Source: an uncultured Pseudohongiella sp. (GTDB lineage: Bacteria; Pseudomonadota; Gammaproteobacteria; Pseudomonadales; Pseudohongiellaceae). Taken from it: a DNA stretch of 64,000 nucleotides. The position numbers and the translations under genes were made by a program. Below the pieces are notes generated by a model, which saw only the letters and a program-made list of their open reading frames with translations, searched no databases and was not told where the DNA came from. Shown piece by piece: positions 28,889-38,750 of the stretch. The stretch is from NCBI GenBank assembly GCA_965222175.1, contig OZ244938.1, forward strand, positions 2,486,932-2,550,931, written 5' to 3'. How positions within the stretch are numbered: position 1 is the first letter of the stretch; the number at the start of each line of letters is the position of its first letter.

Positions 28889-30022
28889 CTAAGGAACCTC
28901 TGAGTCAACCTGCCAGGAAATCTCCAGTTCCTCAATTTCCGCATCAAATTCGTGCAGCGTGATCAATCCCAGGCATGGGTATGCCCCGGTCCTGGATAAC
29001 TCGTTCCGGGCGAGTTTTCTCGCCAGCACCAATGCCGGTGTACAAGGTATCTCCGGGCCGTGATTCCGCCTGGCTGTCAGGTACCAGTCCAGTACCATGG
29101 CATTTCCATCCGTTCCTGTTCCTGATATTCGCACCTGCATGCCTCCCGTATCGGAGCCGAAACCGCTGAGCTTTTCACTGATGAAATTAAGGCAAGGTGC
29201 CAACCCAACCCAGCTTTTTACAATTCCAAGACGGGTGAGCCATGCCATGCAGTACAGACCCAACTGTTCCCAGCGCGCCTCCAGTGCCGCATGAAAGGTG
29301 ACAGTTTCAAGGCCCGGTACATAGTCTTCAAGTAACGACAGATCAGGCACATCGCAGGACCCGGACAGGCGCCTGCCAAGCAGTGGATAGTGCTGCCAAC
29401 GGAGATCCTGCCAGCCGTACCTGTTAACTGCCTTTCCCTGTTCCGGAACGGCAAATGGCTTTCCGCAGTAGCTTAGTACGGCCTGGATTGTACCGATTCC
29501 CCTGGGCGTCTGATGGGCAGGCGCAATGGAAATATTAACAGCCTGGATGGACCGGAAACTGTCTCTGTAATGAGCAATGACAGCACTGGAAAGTCCGGGC
29601 AGCGTACTCGCGCCGGACACTGCCAGAACCCCGGCCCCTTTCGCACTTTCATCAAGTTCGCTGAACCCGTCGACAAATTCCCGGCCGTCAGCCAGGTCGA
29701 TATAGTGAGAACCCGCCGTAATACAAGCTTTTGCCACGCGGTAGCTTTGACCTTGATAGGGCCCGGCTGTATGCAGAACGATGTCCGGGTTGAGATTCAG
29801 CAAATCCTGCTCGAAGTTGTCTGCGGACTGGTCAATTGCTGACGGAGAGACTTCATAGGCAGCGTTGATGTCCTGCAATTCCTCGGCAAGGGACTTTGCC
29901 CTGGGAAGACTTCGACTCGTAACAATGAGTCGCGTGTTCGGCTCGCCAACCAGCCGTCGACAAATCCTGCCACCGAAATGCCCGGTTGCCCCGAGTACAA
30001 GTAAGGTTTTGGTTTGTGACAA
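28889..30022 (-). CDS. Saccharopine dehydrogenase-like NAD(P)-binding protein
   Basis: N-terminal Rossmann TLLVLGATGHFGGRICRRL. Fold resembles trans-acting enoyl reductase/saccharopine dehydrogenase. Confidence 0.6.
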   Translation of the reverse strand: MSQTKTLLVLGATGHFGGRICRRLVGEPNTRLIVTSRSLPRAKSLAEELQDINAAYEVSPSAIDQSADNFEQDLLNLNPDIVLHTAGPYQGQSYRVAKACITAGSHYIDLADGREFVDGFSELDESAKGAGVLAVSGASTLPGLSSAVIAHYRDSFRSIQAVNISIAPAHQTPRGIGTIQAVLSYCGKPFAVPEQGKAVNRYGWQDLRWQHYPLLGRRLSGSCDVPDLSLLEDYVPGLETVTFHAALEARWEQLGLYCMAWLTRLGIVKSWVGLAPCLNFISEKLSGFGSDTGGMQVRISGTGTDGNAMVLDWYLTARRNHGPEIPCTPALVLARKLARNELSRTGAYPCLGLITLHEFDAEIEELEISWQVDSEVP

Positions 30023-30393
30023 CCCGCCAACGCCTATAGTGATGTACCGATTCTCAAGTATGATGAACGGCTGGAATAATCGCCAGGCGATGCGTCCACC
30101 AGCCCCAGTGAGCCGGTCAAAGATCGAGTAACACTCTGATGAATCTGATGAACCTAAAGTAGCTTCGAAGCCGGAAGGTGTCCAGTCCTGGTGACGAACA
30201 GTCCGGGATGATCCCCTGGCCGTAGGAAACTGACTGCGAGGCGCTTTGGGTATTAATTATACCGGTAGCTATCATAGACTGCGGTTCTTTCCTGATTGCC
30301 CGAAGATAAATACAAACTTCAACCAATTCGCCGGATTTCTGTACCTTGCGGTGGAATTCTGTTTCTGAGACACTTCCCTGCGCGGGGTCAATA

Positions 30394-30578
30394 ATAAGGA
30401 ACCCCTGATTAATTGTGGAAATACTCTGGCTTTCAGACAAGTTCACTGACGAGGCGCCTAGCCGCCGGCACGCATCGGCCTGTCAAGGCAAGACAACGAT
30501 GACAGTGGTCTCGCCTGGAAGCCCCTTCGGGCGCGGCCTGTCGGGCAGAGCACTTCCATAATCAGTAAGAGGTTCCAC
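30394..30578 (+). repeat. MITE-like repeat, short copy (~185 bp) with imperfect TIRs
   Basis: aaggaacccctgattaattgtggaaatactctggctttcag...gagcacttccataatcagtaagaggttcc. Homologous to 36943..37232 with about 90 bp of internal deletion. Confidence 0.8.
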
Positions 30579-30609
30579 AAGTTCTGGTCAGCCAGGAAGG
30601 GGGTGGTAA

Positions 30610-31131
30610 TTGGACAGCGGAGTCGTTGACATAAGCTGGGTCGCTTCACTGTTACACGTACTATCATACGTAGTCGTGGTCGGGTTGGTCCTGTGGATGG
30701 GATTCTCACTGCTTGGCTACCTGCATCGGCGCGCCTACAACCTGAAGGCCGCCGAAACGACCAGCGGCGGAAAATCTCCCGCATTCCTCGACAACACCGG
30801 TCGTTCCGAGGAAATCCGCAAGAAAGCGGAAGCATTCGATGAACGGATGGCAGCCGAAGCGACGGAGGAAGCGACAGTCCCTACCGGCAGGGCCTGCAGA
30901 ATTGTCCGCTCTGTAACCATCATTGCGTCGGTTCTGACGTTTGTTGTCGCGATAGTCAGTGCCGTTGCCCGCATACAGATGTATGACAGCTTTGTGGAGA
31001 ACCTGAGCAGTGCCGAGCATTTTTTCAATATTCTCAGAACCTATTGGCTCGGTGCCACAGTAGCCGGACTCATTATTCTGGTCCAGGCCATCCGCATTAC
31101 AATTGCCATAAAAAACAACAAAGTACCCTAG
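30610..31131 (+). CDS. Small integral membrane protein (3 TM), first gene of kinase operon
   Basis: 173 aa. TM helices near residues 10-35, 105-125 and 145-165. NfeD-like positional partner of the downstream SPFH protein. Confidence 0.55.
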   Translation: MDSGVVDISWVASLLHVLSYVVVVGLVLWMGFSLLGYLHRRAYNLKAAETTSGGKSPAFLDNTGRSEEIRKKAEAFDERMAAEATEEATVPTGRACRIVRSVTIIASVLTFVVAIVSAVARIQMYDSFVENLSSAEHFFNILRTYWLGATVAGLIILVQAIRITIAIKNNKVP

Positions 31132-31217
31132 TCGAGCTGCTGGCTTAGTCGGTAGCCAGGAACCCGAATACATCTTCCCAGTTCAGTTTATCAAATATAA
31201 AAACAAGGGGTCCGGAC

Positions 31218-32783
31218 ATGCTTTCCAACAACATCTCACTGAGCGGCGATGAGGTCTTGTGTGAATACGTTCCCATGGAGCAATTCAAGGGGTTTCTGCA
31301 GCAGCGGATCGGCATCGCTCCCGATACGCTCACCGTACTGATCAGGGACGGCCAGGTTGCGGACGTGTCTCACGGGGCGCACCTGTCCGTCGGGGGGATC
31401 TGGCAGTCTGTCAAGGAATCAATAGGTGGAAGCCATGCACTGCAACTGCTCATCGCCGACGCCAGGCCTTTTGAATCCACATTTTCCTTTCAGGGACGCT
31501 CTCGGGACAACGTGGAGGTCGACGCGGAAATCACCCTGCAGATCCAGGTTGATCCACAGTCTGGCAGTAATATTCTTGGCCTGGCGAGCCAGAACAACAT
31601 AACCAATAAATCCGCTGTTTTCGAACGCCTCATCCCCCATTTCAATGATCGGGCACTGCAATCCATCGTCGGCCAGGTGGACGCAACCAGCTTACGTGGT
31701 GCCGTCGACGTACAGGACAAACTGCAGGCAGAAATGCTCAATGTCGCCGAGGATGTGCTCGGCGACATGGGCATTGTGGTGCGGGCGAGTTCGGTTAACT
31801 GGGCTGTCAACGAGGAAGAAATCGCTCAGATGGCCAGTCGGGATCGCGAGCGGGAACAGGCTCTGCTGGATGAAAAGCTGGCGCACTACCAGAAGGAAAT
31901 CGAGAGAGCGGAAACGTCCACCGTGCTGAAACTGGAATCCGACCTGGCAATCGAAAAAATAAAGGCCATGAGCGAAGACGAATTGCGCAAAATGATTGCG
32001 ACGCAGGAAGCGGAATTTGTCGAGGTCAAGGAAGCAGCGAAACGGGCCGCCAGACTCAGTGCCCTGGAAGGAGAAATCGCCGAATTTAACGTCGAACAAC
32101 ATGCCAGGTTCGACAATGCCCTGAACGAGGCCAAGAACGAGGTCGAAGTTAAAAAGATACAGCTTGAGATAAAACAACTGGACCTGAAAACGGAAGAGCT
32201 GGAACGCCGCCAGGAAGTTGCCCTTCACAAGCTTGAGGAGCTGTCCAAGCTGGAGGTTGCCGCGGCTGCCCGGGAAAACCAGATCAAATCCATCGAGGGA
32301 TTGAATGCAGCGGACCTGGCACTCGAACAAGGCAAAACCTCGATTGCCGACGAAAGTGCCGACAGGGCTACACAGCGCCGTCTCGACGAAGCGCGCCAGG
32401 CGGACACCACGGAAATAGAAAAACTGAAACTGCAGCAGGGCATGTCTGCCGATCAATTACTGGCGCTGCAGGCGGGGCTCTCTCCGGAGGTGGCGGCAGT
32501 TTTCGCAGAACGGGCCAAGACAGATCAATCCTCGGCTGCTGAACAGAAAGCCATGATGGAAAAGCTGATTGAGAGCGGAGCCAGGTCCAGTGCAGACGCC
32601 AGGTACTTCTTCGAACAGTTCAAGGAAGGCGTGATCGGGGTAGCAGCCGGAGCCGGTCCGGGCAATGCGGGCAATCCGGCGGCTGGCAGTTCTACCGTCA
32701 GCGCAAATTGTCCACAGTGCAAGGTTGCAAACGCCGCGGGTAATGAATTCTGTGTTGGCTGCGGTGCTCCGCTGCGAGGCTGA
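31218..32783 (+). CDS. SPFH/band-7 (flotillin-like) domain protein with long coiled coil and C-terminal zinc ribbon
   Basis: 521 aa. N-terminal SPFH-like segment (FSFQGRSRDNVEVDAEITLQIQV...LGDMGIVVRASSVNWAVNEEE). About 250 aa of E/K/A-rich coiled coil follows. C-terminus is CPQCKVANAAGNEFCVGCGAPL. Confidence 0.6.
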   Translation: MLSNNISLSGDEVLCEYVPMEQFKGFLQQRIGIAPDTLTVLIRDGQVADVSHGAHLSVGGIWQSVKESIGGSHALQLLIADARPFESTFSFQGRSRDNVEVDAEITLQIQVDPQSGSNILGLASQNNITNKSAVFERLIPHFNDRALQSIVGQVDATSLRGAVDVQDKLQAEMLNVAEDVLGDMGIVVRASSVNWAVNEEEIAQMASRDREREQALLDEKLAHYQKEIERAETSTVLKLESDLAIEKIKAMSEDELRKMIATQEAEFVEVKEAAKRAARLSALEGEIAEFNVEQHARFDNALNEAKNEVEVKKIQLEIKQLDLKTEELERRQEVALHKLEELSKLEVAAAARENQIKSIEGLNAADLALEQGKTSIADESADRATQRRLDEARQADTTEIEKLKLQQGMSADQLLALQAGLSPEVAAVFAERAKTDQSSAAEQKAMMEKLIESGARSSADARYFFEQFKEGVIGVAAGAGPGNAGNPAAGSSTVSANCPQCKVANAAGNEFCVGCGAPLRG

Positions 32784-32821
32784 GGCACACGATAATCAGC
32801 ATCCTACAAATGTGACGGATT

Positions 32822-33973
32822 ATGGGCTACAAAGAGTGTTGCCATCTCGAGGCGGTGGACCCGAACGCCAGTTTCTGCGGCACCTGTCGCACACCGCTAC
32901 TCCGCTGTATTTCTTACCAGGAATGCAAACAGCTGGTTGAACCGTTCCAGCCCTGCCCGGTGTGTCTGGCACCACAACTGGTTATAGATGCGGGCGCGGT
33001 GGTCAGTGCCCAGGTCGGCGAACGTCTTGCCTTACCGATGATCGTGCGGAATCAGATAGATTCCACGGCGCCCATTCTGAGACCGATCTGGGCCAAGCGA
33101 ATCTATAAGCGGGAACGCGACCAGAAGCTTGTGTCGGTCAATATCGACTGGCAGTCTATAGATGCCGGCAAGGAACGCGAGTTTTATGTCGAAACCGGTA
33201 CATTCGGCGCGGGTGGTACGGACAAGGTGGATGTATTTCTGGAACTGGCGACCCGTTCCAAGGAAGGATTCGAAGAGAACCACGTCTTTAAAGGTACCCT
33301 GATGTTTTCCGTAGCCTCGCAGTCCGGTTCGCAACAGGTGGTGCAGAATATCAATCTATCCGGCGCCCACATGGAAGACAATGCATTGCTGCATATCCCC
33401 AGCACCAATACCGGAGGCAGCCAGGAAGAGACAACAGGCAGAACCGTGGACCAGCGCCAGGTAGTGAAACTGGAGCACGTGGAAAGCCTGGAACGGGAAC
33501 TGGGTACGCGTGGCTATACACAGTCCGGAATGCAGGTATCGCGAGCAGCCAAGTTTCGGCTGAGAGGATTCAATGAAGACGATGCACCCAGCTGGGAAGT
33601 CGGACTCGGCGCCAAGGGCCACCTGGCATTTGGGCGCTCTGATCGTGAACGGAGCGACGCCAATCCACTGCCGATGGATGTCCGCCTGCGCTGTTACAAT
33701 GCAACCGGTGAACTGGATGTAGACCAGTCGCTGTTATTGTCCCGACATCATTTTGATTTATTGGTCCTGAACGACCGGCTCGTGGTATTTGCCAGGAGCG
33801 GCAAGGGACTCGCCTTGAACGGGAAAATGCTGGGCTCGAACACGATCACCGATGTGAACGATGGAGATGTTATTGCTCCCTTGGCCGGCCAGGCAAGATC
33901 CCTTTCATTGCAGGTAAAATTCATCAGTGACATGCATGGTTCCGTAAATACAATCGAAGTTGCCCGTCTTTAG
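32822..33973 (+). CDS. Zinc-ribbon + FHA domain protein
   Basis: N-terminal CxxC pairs (CCHLEAVDPNASFCGTCRTPL and CKQLVEPFQPCPVC). C-terminal FHA signature: GRSDRER...SRHHFDLLVLNDRLVVFARSGKGLALNGKML. Confidence 0.65.
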   Translation: MGYKECCHLEAVDPNASFCGTCRTPLLRCISYQECKQLVEPFQPCPVCLAPQLVIDAGAVVSAQVGERLALPMIVRNQIDSTAPILRPIWAKRIYKRERDQKLVSVNIDWQSIDAGKEREFYVETGTFGAGGTDKVDVFLELATRSKEGFEENHVFKGTLMFSVASQSGSQQVVQNINLSGAHMEDNALLHIPSTNTGGSQEETTGRTVDQRQVVKLEHVESLERELGTRGYTQSGMQVSRAAKFRLRGFNEDDAPSWEVGLGAKGHLAFGRSDRERSDANPLPMDVRLRCYNATGELDVDQSLLLSRHHFDLLVLNDRLVVFARSGKGLALNGKMLGSNTITDVNDGDVIAPLAGQARSLSLQVKFISDMHGSVNTIEVARL

Positions 33974-34011
33974 CTGGCCAGGGTGATTTCCTGATATCAA
34001 AGGGAACGACT

Positions 34012-35487
34012 ATGAGTGACAACATAAGTGGTGTTGAGACGGTATACAAGTCAAGTGGGGCCTCAGTAGACGTAGAGCTCAACTTGAATGAACTGTTCGA
34101 CGGTCGGTATATGATAACAGAACGCCTTGGTGCTGGCGGCATGGGTACCGCTTATCTGGCCAGTGATCAGTTGACCGACGAAGAAGTCGTAATCAAGGTG
34201 ATTCATCCGTCATTGATGGACGAAGAGTCCAAGCAACGTATGATTGCCGAAGGAGTCAATGCACGGAAGATCAAGCACCCGAACGTCGTATCGGTACATG
34301 ACGTCAAGGAGGTGGACGGCCAGGTCTACCTGACCATGGAGCACGTCAAGGGCAAGTCATTGCGGAATTGGATGGCTGCCACCATGGCGTCAGGCAGCAA
34401 TGCTCCCGTAAATCACGTCGTGAAAATCATCAGGGAAATTCTATCAGGCCTCACTGCAGCCCATGATGCAGGGGTCATTCACCGGGATTTGAAACCCGAA
34501 AACGTCATGTTGGAGGGAACTCCCGGGGACGGTGAATTCAGGATAAAGATAATTGACTTTGGTATCGCCACCGGCCTGAAGGCGCCAGGCACCACCACTT
34601 CCAAGGGGGCAATTGGCGCGCCGCTTTACATGGCGCCTGAGCAGATGACCATGCCCGACTCCGTGGGCCCCAGTGCCGACATTTACTCAGTGGGACGTAT
34701 GTTTTACGAAATGCTAATGGACGTGCTCCCGGACGGAATGTGGAACCCGCCGAGTGCCACGCGTTCGGATGTCCCACAGGAACTGGACCAGGTGATTCAG
34801 AAAGCTCTGCAACCGCCCCGCAGCCGCTACTCCAGTGCAACAGAATTTTCCACGGCAATCAGCCAATGCATGTCGGGTGAACTGCGGCATGAACGCCCTG
34901 TTGAGGGTGATGAAAAAAATTCGGGACCGTCGCTGGTGGATTTTTTCAAACCCGGGAAGCTTGATTTCAAAAATAAGAAAACGCGAATCTGGGCGGTGGT
35001 GATTGCATTCCTCGTTATTGGTTCAGTGCTCTATGAGGATTACACAAGCCTTGATGACACCATTTACAATGGGTCGGATAATTCCGGATTTAATAGTGAT
35101 TTCAGCATCGACAACACGGCACAGGACTTCGTTGACGATTTCGTCGATGATGTGGCGCCCCCACCGCCCGAAGTACAGGTAAAGCAGGCGGTGACACCAG
35201 CGTCCTCATCACAGGCATGGCGGGGTGGAGATGGCAGTATCTTCGACATGACCGTGACTAACGGAGTTGTAAGCGGCTCCGGGTTTCTACAGCCCTGGGG
35301 CCGAGTCTCCCTGCGCGGCGACCCTGGCAGTTACGTCGACGTCTACAATTACCAGAATCAGAATGTGGCAGCGCTTTCCGGAAACATGGTTCCTTCCAAT
35401 TCCGCTCCGGGTGTCTGGGATTATACCGGCAGTATTCTGGTAAACGGCCAGATTGTCGGCGGTTTTATTTTTCACATTGATCATTAG
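34012..35487 (+). CDS. Hanks-type Ser/Thr protein kinase with one TM helix and ~130 aa extracytoplasmic C-terminal domain
   Basis: Kinase subdomains GAGGMGTAY, VIKV, HRDLKPENVML, DFGIA and APE are all present. TM helix IWAVVIAFLVIGSVLY. The C-terminal domain is unrecognised. Confidence 0.85.
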   Translation: MSDNISGVETVYKSSGASVDVELNLNELFDGRYMITERLGAGGMGTAYLASDQLTDEEVVIKVIHPSLMDEESKQRMIAEGVNARKIKHPNVVSVHDVKEVDGQVYLTMEHVKGKSLRNWMAATMASGSNAPVNHVVKIIREILSGLTAAHDAGVIHRDLKPENVMLEGTPGDGEFRIKIIDFGIATGLKAPGTTTSKGAIGAPLYMAPEQMTMPDSVGPSADIYSVGRMFYEMLMDVLPDGMWNPPSATRSDVPQELDQVIQKALQPPRSRYSSATEFSTAISQCMSGELRHERPVEGDEKNSGPSLVDFFKPGKLDFKNKKTRIWAVVIAFLVIGSVLYEDYTSLDDTIYNGSDNSGFNSDFSIDNTAQDFVDDFVDDVAPPPPEVQVKQAVTPASSSQAWRGGDGSIFDMTVTNGVVSGSGFLQPWGRVSLRGDPGSYVDVYNYQNQNVAALSGNMVPSNSAPGVWDYTGSILVNGQIVGGFIFHIDH

Positions 35488-35763
35488 GTTGGCTGACCGG
35501 TGCCCGTCCGCCGGCTGCAGAGGTAGAGAAATTACAGAATTTGCAGGAAGCACGAAAGAAAGTGTAAAAAAAAAACCAGTGAGCGATGTGAATCAGGCGT
35601 TAGAGAACTCGGACGCCAGCCTGGACAATGCCGGCATCCCGACTGTTTGAACTGTCGAATTCAGTCATTCCGGGCAGCCAGAGCTACCCGGTACAAGAGC
35701 CTCGCCAGATTAAGAAATCTCTGCAAGCCGCTGGATGTCAAGGTGGCTGATCAAAGGTCCGGA

Positions 35764-36678
35764 CTAATTATCCCGGAGTCGAGATCGGATTCCTTTCCTG
35801 GCCTCGTCGATTTCCGATTTCAGGTCATCCCCGATTTCCTTACGCAATTCTGCAAGTAACGATTCCGTCGACTTTTTCATCTCATCCATTGTCGGGCCGG
35901 CCAGGCTGAATCCTGGCGCTTTTTCGATTGCACCGATGGTCCAGAAGTGCGCAGGGTCGGAATAAGAAGCCAGCGTTTCGAAAGGCAGTCGGAAGTATCC
36001 TCCGTCAGCCCATTCAGGACCCCAGGAATTTCTGACAATCCAGACCTTAGCCGGTATATCGTAGCCGACAAGCAGCATGGCATGGCCGCTTGCCGGTCGT
36101 CTGGCTCGCGTGCCGTCCACCGGCATGCTTCCGGTTCTGGCAGCCTCCTGGTAATACTCGCCGGGAATGTAAGTACCGAAAACGACCGGCAGCCCCACTG
36201 CCAGCGCAGCCATGGCCGAATTACCGAGTTCCGTGCGAGCGTATTGCACGGCTTCGTAACTCATCGCGTTCTGATAAGCCTGTTGAGACGGCATGGTGGC
36301 GGTCATCGCCGGATTGAATGGCCAGAGGCGCTCCTCGCAGGCGCCATAGGCCAGAACCGCAGCCATGGCATGATGGATGAAACTCCCGGTATCCTGGGAC
36401 TGGGTATCTGACATCCTGCGGGCATTGTAGTAGACAAACAGCCGCGACATATCAGTAACCCCACTGCCTGCCTTGCGTTGGTGATATTCCAGCGCTCCGA
36501 CAACGGCGTTGGCCGTACAGGAGTTGGTCTGGCCCTGATTCTCCACAGGCGAACAGAGCGATCGGAGATCCACTTTTTCCGGCACTGAACCCGGTGGCGC
36601 CACTAGCGCGGGGGCGGTGCTGGGCTTGGTTTCGAAAAGACAGCCATTGAGCGGATGTTCATTCCAGGCATCAGTCAT
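35764..36678 (-). CDS. Papain-like (C1 family) cysteine peptidase, no signal peptide
   Basis: Catalytic Cys context QGQTNSCTANA, His GHAMLLVGYD, and Asn/Trp NSWGPEWADGGYF. A coiled-coil-like C-terminal tail follows. Confidence 0.75.
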   Translation of the reverse strand: MTDAWNEHPLNGCLFETKPSTAPALVAPPGSVPEKVDLRSLCSPVENQGQTNSCTANAVVGALEYHQRKAGSGVTDMSRLFVYYNARRMSDTQSQDTGSFIHHAMAAVLAYGACEERLWPFNPAMTATMPSQQAYQNAMSYEAVQYARTELGNSAMAALAVGLPVVFGTYIPGEYYQEAARTGSMPVDGTRARRPASGHAMLLVGYDIPAKVWIVRNSWGPEWADGGYFRLPFETLASYSDPAHFWTIGAIEKAPGFSLAGPTMDEMKKSTESLLAELRKEIGDDLKSEIDEARKGIRSRLRDN

Positions 36679-36942
36679 CGGGGTATCTCCTACGAGGTTG
36701 GGATTAGGCGTACATAGAGCGCCGTAACGCAGGCAGACCGAAACAGGCGCATAGAAATTGCGATACGAAGCCGGTCGATGTCGGCACTTTCATTATTTCA
36801 TTATTTCATTATTATTAATTATTCCTGCACGTGGTGCCTGGATCATTAGCGTTTTCCAAAGCTCGACTACCAATGAATCCCCGCCAGCGACCTGGGACTA
36901 TACACAGGTTTCCACGGATTATAGAAAATCTTATACTGCGAC

Positions 36943-37232
36943 ACTAGGGAACCTCTGATCAATTATGGAAATACTCTGGCTTTCAGGCGAGTTCACTGAC
37001 GAGGCGCCTTGCCGCCGGCATGCGTCGGCCTGTCAAGGCGAGGCAACCCTTTTAAGCCAACAAGGGCAGTGCGCTCGCCTGAAAGCCCCGACCGGCGGGG
37101 CCTGTCGGGCGCCACTGCGGTGTTGTCGCGCTTGGCAAGGGCGACGGCCATTCCCGGCGCACGACGCCTTGCAGTAGCGCCCGACAGACTCCCGCAGAGC
37201 ACTTCCATAATTGATCAGAGGTTCCCTGGAGT
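36943..37232 (+). repeat. MITE-like element (~290 bp) with near-perfect ~28 bp terminal inverted repeats
   Basis: The left end actagggaacctctgatcaattatggaa is the exact reverse complement of the right end ttccataattgatcagaggttccctggagt. The interior is GC-rich with nested inverted repeats (ggctttcaggcgag/ctcgcctgaaagcc; ctgtcgggcgc/gcgcccgacag). Confidence 0.85.
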
Positions 37233-37480
37233 CGGGATCAAAAGCTTTGTCCTCCATTGCCTGGGATTGGCCCGAGTCGTGACGTTGGCGTCGGGACTGA
37301 TCAGGATGAATCGTTGTAACCGTGGCGGATCCCCGCGAATCGAGCTCTGCCGACGACACGCTGCCTCGTTATGTGACGGTTATACCTTCCCTGCCGCGAT
37401 GACTGGATTCTTGTTACTTCCGGGGGGCATAATGGAGCAGGTAAGTAACCTGTTATTCAGAAACAATCGGAGATCCGAAA

Positions 37481-38647
37481 ATGATAATAAAATACATCAA
37501 GCGAGAATGTATCCGGATACCGGTTCTGAGCTTACTGATTTTCAGCTCGGCCGCCTCGGCACAGGATACAAGCGCAGAATCGACCTATGGTTCGGCAGAA
37601 CTGACAGGCAATTTCCTCCCTGACCCCCACAGCGTCCAGTTGCAGGCGGGAGGCGCCATCGACGCCAGCGCCATCGACGGCTGTATTGGATACATCAGCA
37701 ACGCACCGGACTACGAAATAAGCTACTCCGACCGCGCTGAATTCGATCTGAGCGTTTTCGTGGTAAGTGACACCGATACCACGCTGGTGGTCAATGCACC
37801 ATCAGGAGAGTGGTACTGCAACGACGATTTCGACGAAGCCGGCGGGACCAACCCGGGCATGGTGTTTTCACCCCCGGAAGAAGGTGTTTACGACATCTGG
37901 GTAGGGACTTACGAAGCCACAGACTCCTTTCCGGCGGCGGAGCTTGTAGTGACCGAAATCGGCCCGCCCTGGCTATTGACCTCCTCGGATCCCGGGAATG
38001 ACTCGGGGGAACCGACTTTAAGCAGTTCCGGTACGGGGTTCGTGGTAAGCCGTAATGGCCACGTGCTGACCAATAACCACGTGATCGAGGGCTGCAGTCG
38101 GACTACCTTTCAGTTACGTGGCGGGCTTCCCCAGGAAGCCAGCCTGATAGCAAGCAATGCAACAACCGACCTGGCGTTGTTGAAAACCTCTCTTGCCACA
38201 ATCCCGGCAATGTTCCGGGGGCCGAGGAGGCTGCGCCTGGGTGACGAGGTCATCGTCTACGGTTTTCCATTGCTGGGTGATCTATCCTCTCAGGGGAACC
38301 TGACCTATGGGATTGTCAGCGCCCTCAGTGGACTGGACGATGATTTGAGCAGACTGCAGATGACCGCGCAGATTCAACCCGGTAACAGCGGTGGACCGGT
38401 AATGAATCGTTCCGGTGAAATCGTCGGCGTCGTCGTGGAGACTGCCAATGAAGACTATTTTCGCGAACAACGGGGCACCGACACCCAGAATCTCAATTTC
38501 GCCGTACGGGATTCACTGGCTGTCTCGTTCCTGGATACCAACAACGTGGACTATCAATTGGGCGCGGCCGACGGTGAATCGATGGCCATTGCCGATATAG
38601 CAGAAATCGCGCAGGATTTTACCGGGCTGATTCTTTGTTATCAGTAG
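37481..38647 (+). CDS. Secreted trypsin-like (S1/DegP-type) serine peptidase with N-terminal beta-rich pre-domain
   Basis: Signal peptide present. Catalytic triad context TNNHVIEGC (His), DLALLKT (Asp), GNSGGPV (Ser). Confidence 0.75.
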   Translation: MIIKYIKRECIRIPVLSLLIFSSAASAQDTSAESTYGSAELTGNFLPDPHSVQLQAGGAIDASAIDGCIGYISNAPDYEISYSDRAEFDLSVFVVSDTDTTLVVNAPSGEWYCNDDFDEAGGTNPGMVFSPPEEGVYDIWVGTYEATDSFPAAELVVTEIGPPWLLTSSDPGNDSGEPTLSSSGTGFVVSRNGHVLTNNHVIEGCSRTTFQLRGGLPQEASLIASNATTDLALLKTSLATIPAMFRGPRRLRLGDEVIVYGFPLLGDLSSQGNLTYGIVSALSGLDDDLSRLQMTAQIQPGNSGGPVMNRSGEIVGVVVETANEDYFREQRGTDTQNLNFAVRDSLAVSFLDTNNVDYQLGAADGESMAIADIAEIAQDFTGLILCYQ

Positions 38648-38750
38648 ATGACTGAGATCTTAGTGAGTGTGTTGTGTTCAGGATGGTACTTCGCAATGCA
38701 GGGAGAATACACAAGCGCCAATCGACATGCCTGTGATGCTGTAGCTGAAG

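Noticed and set aside
35568-35578. A10 homopolymer in the STK/C1-peptidase intergenic region
   Set aside because: Not within a coding region or obvious promoter. Noted only as a possible slippage-prone tract.
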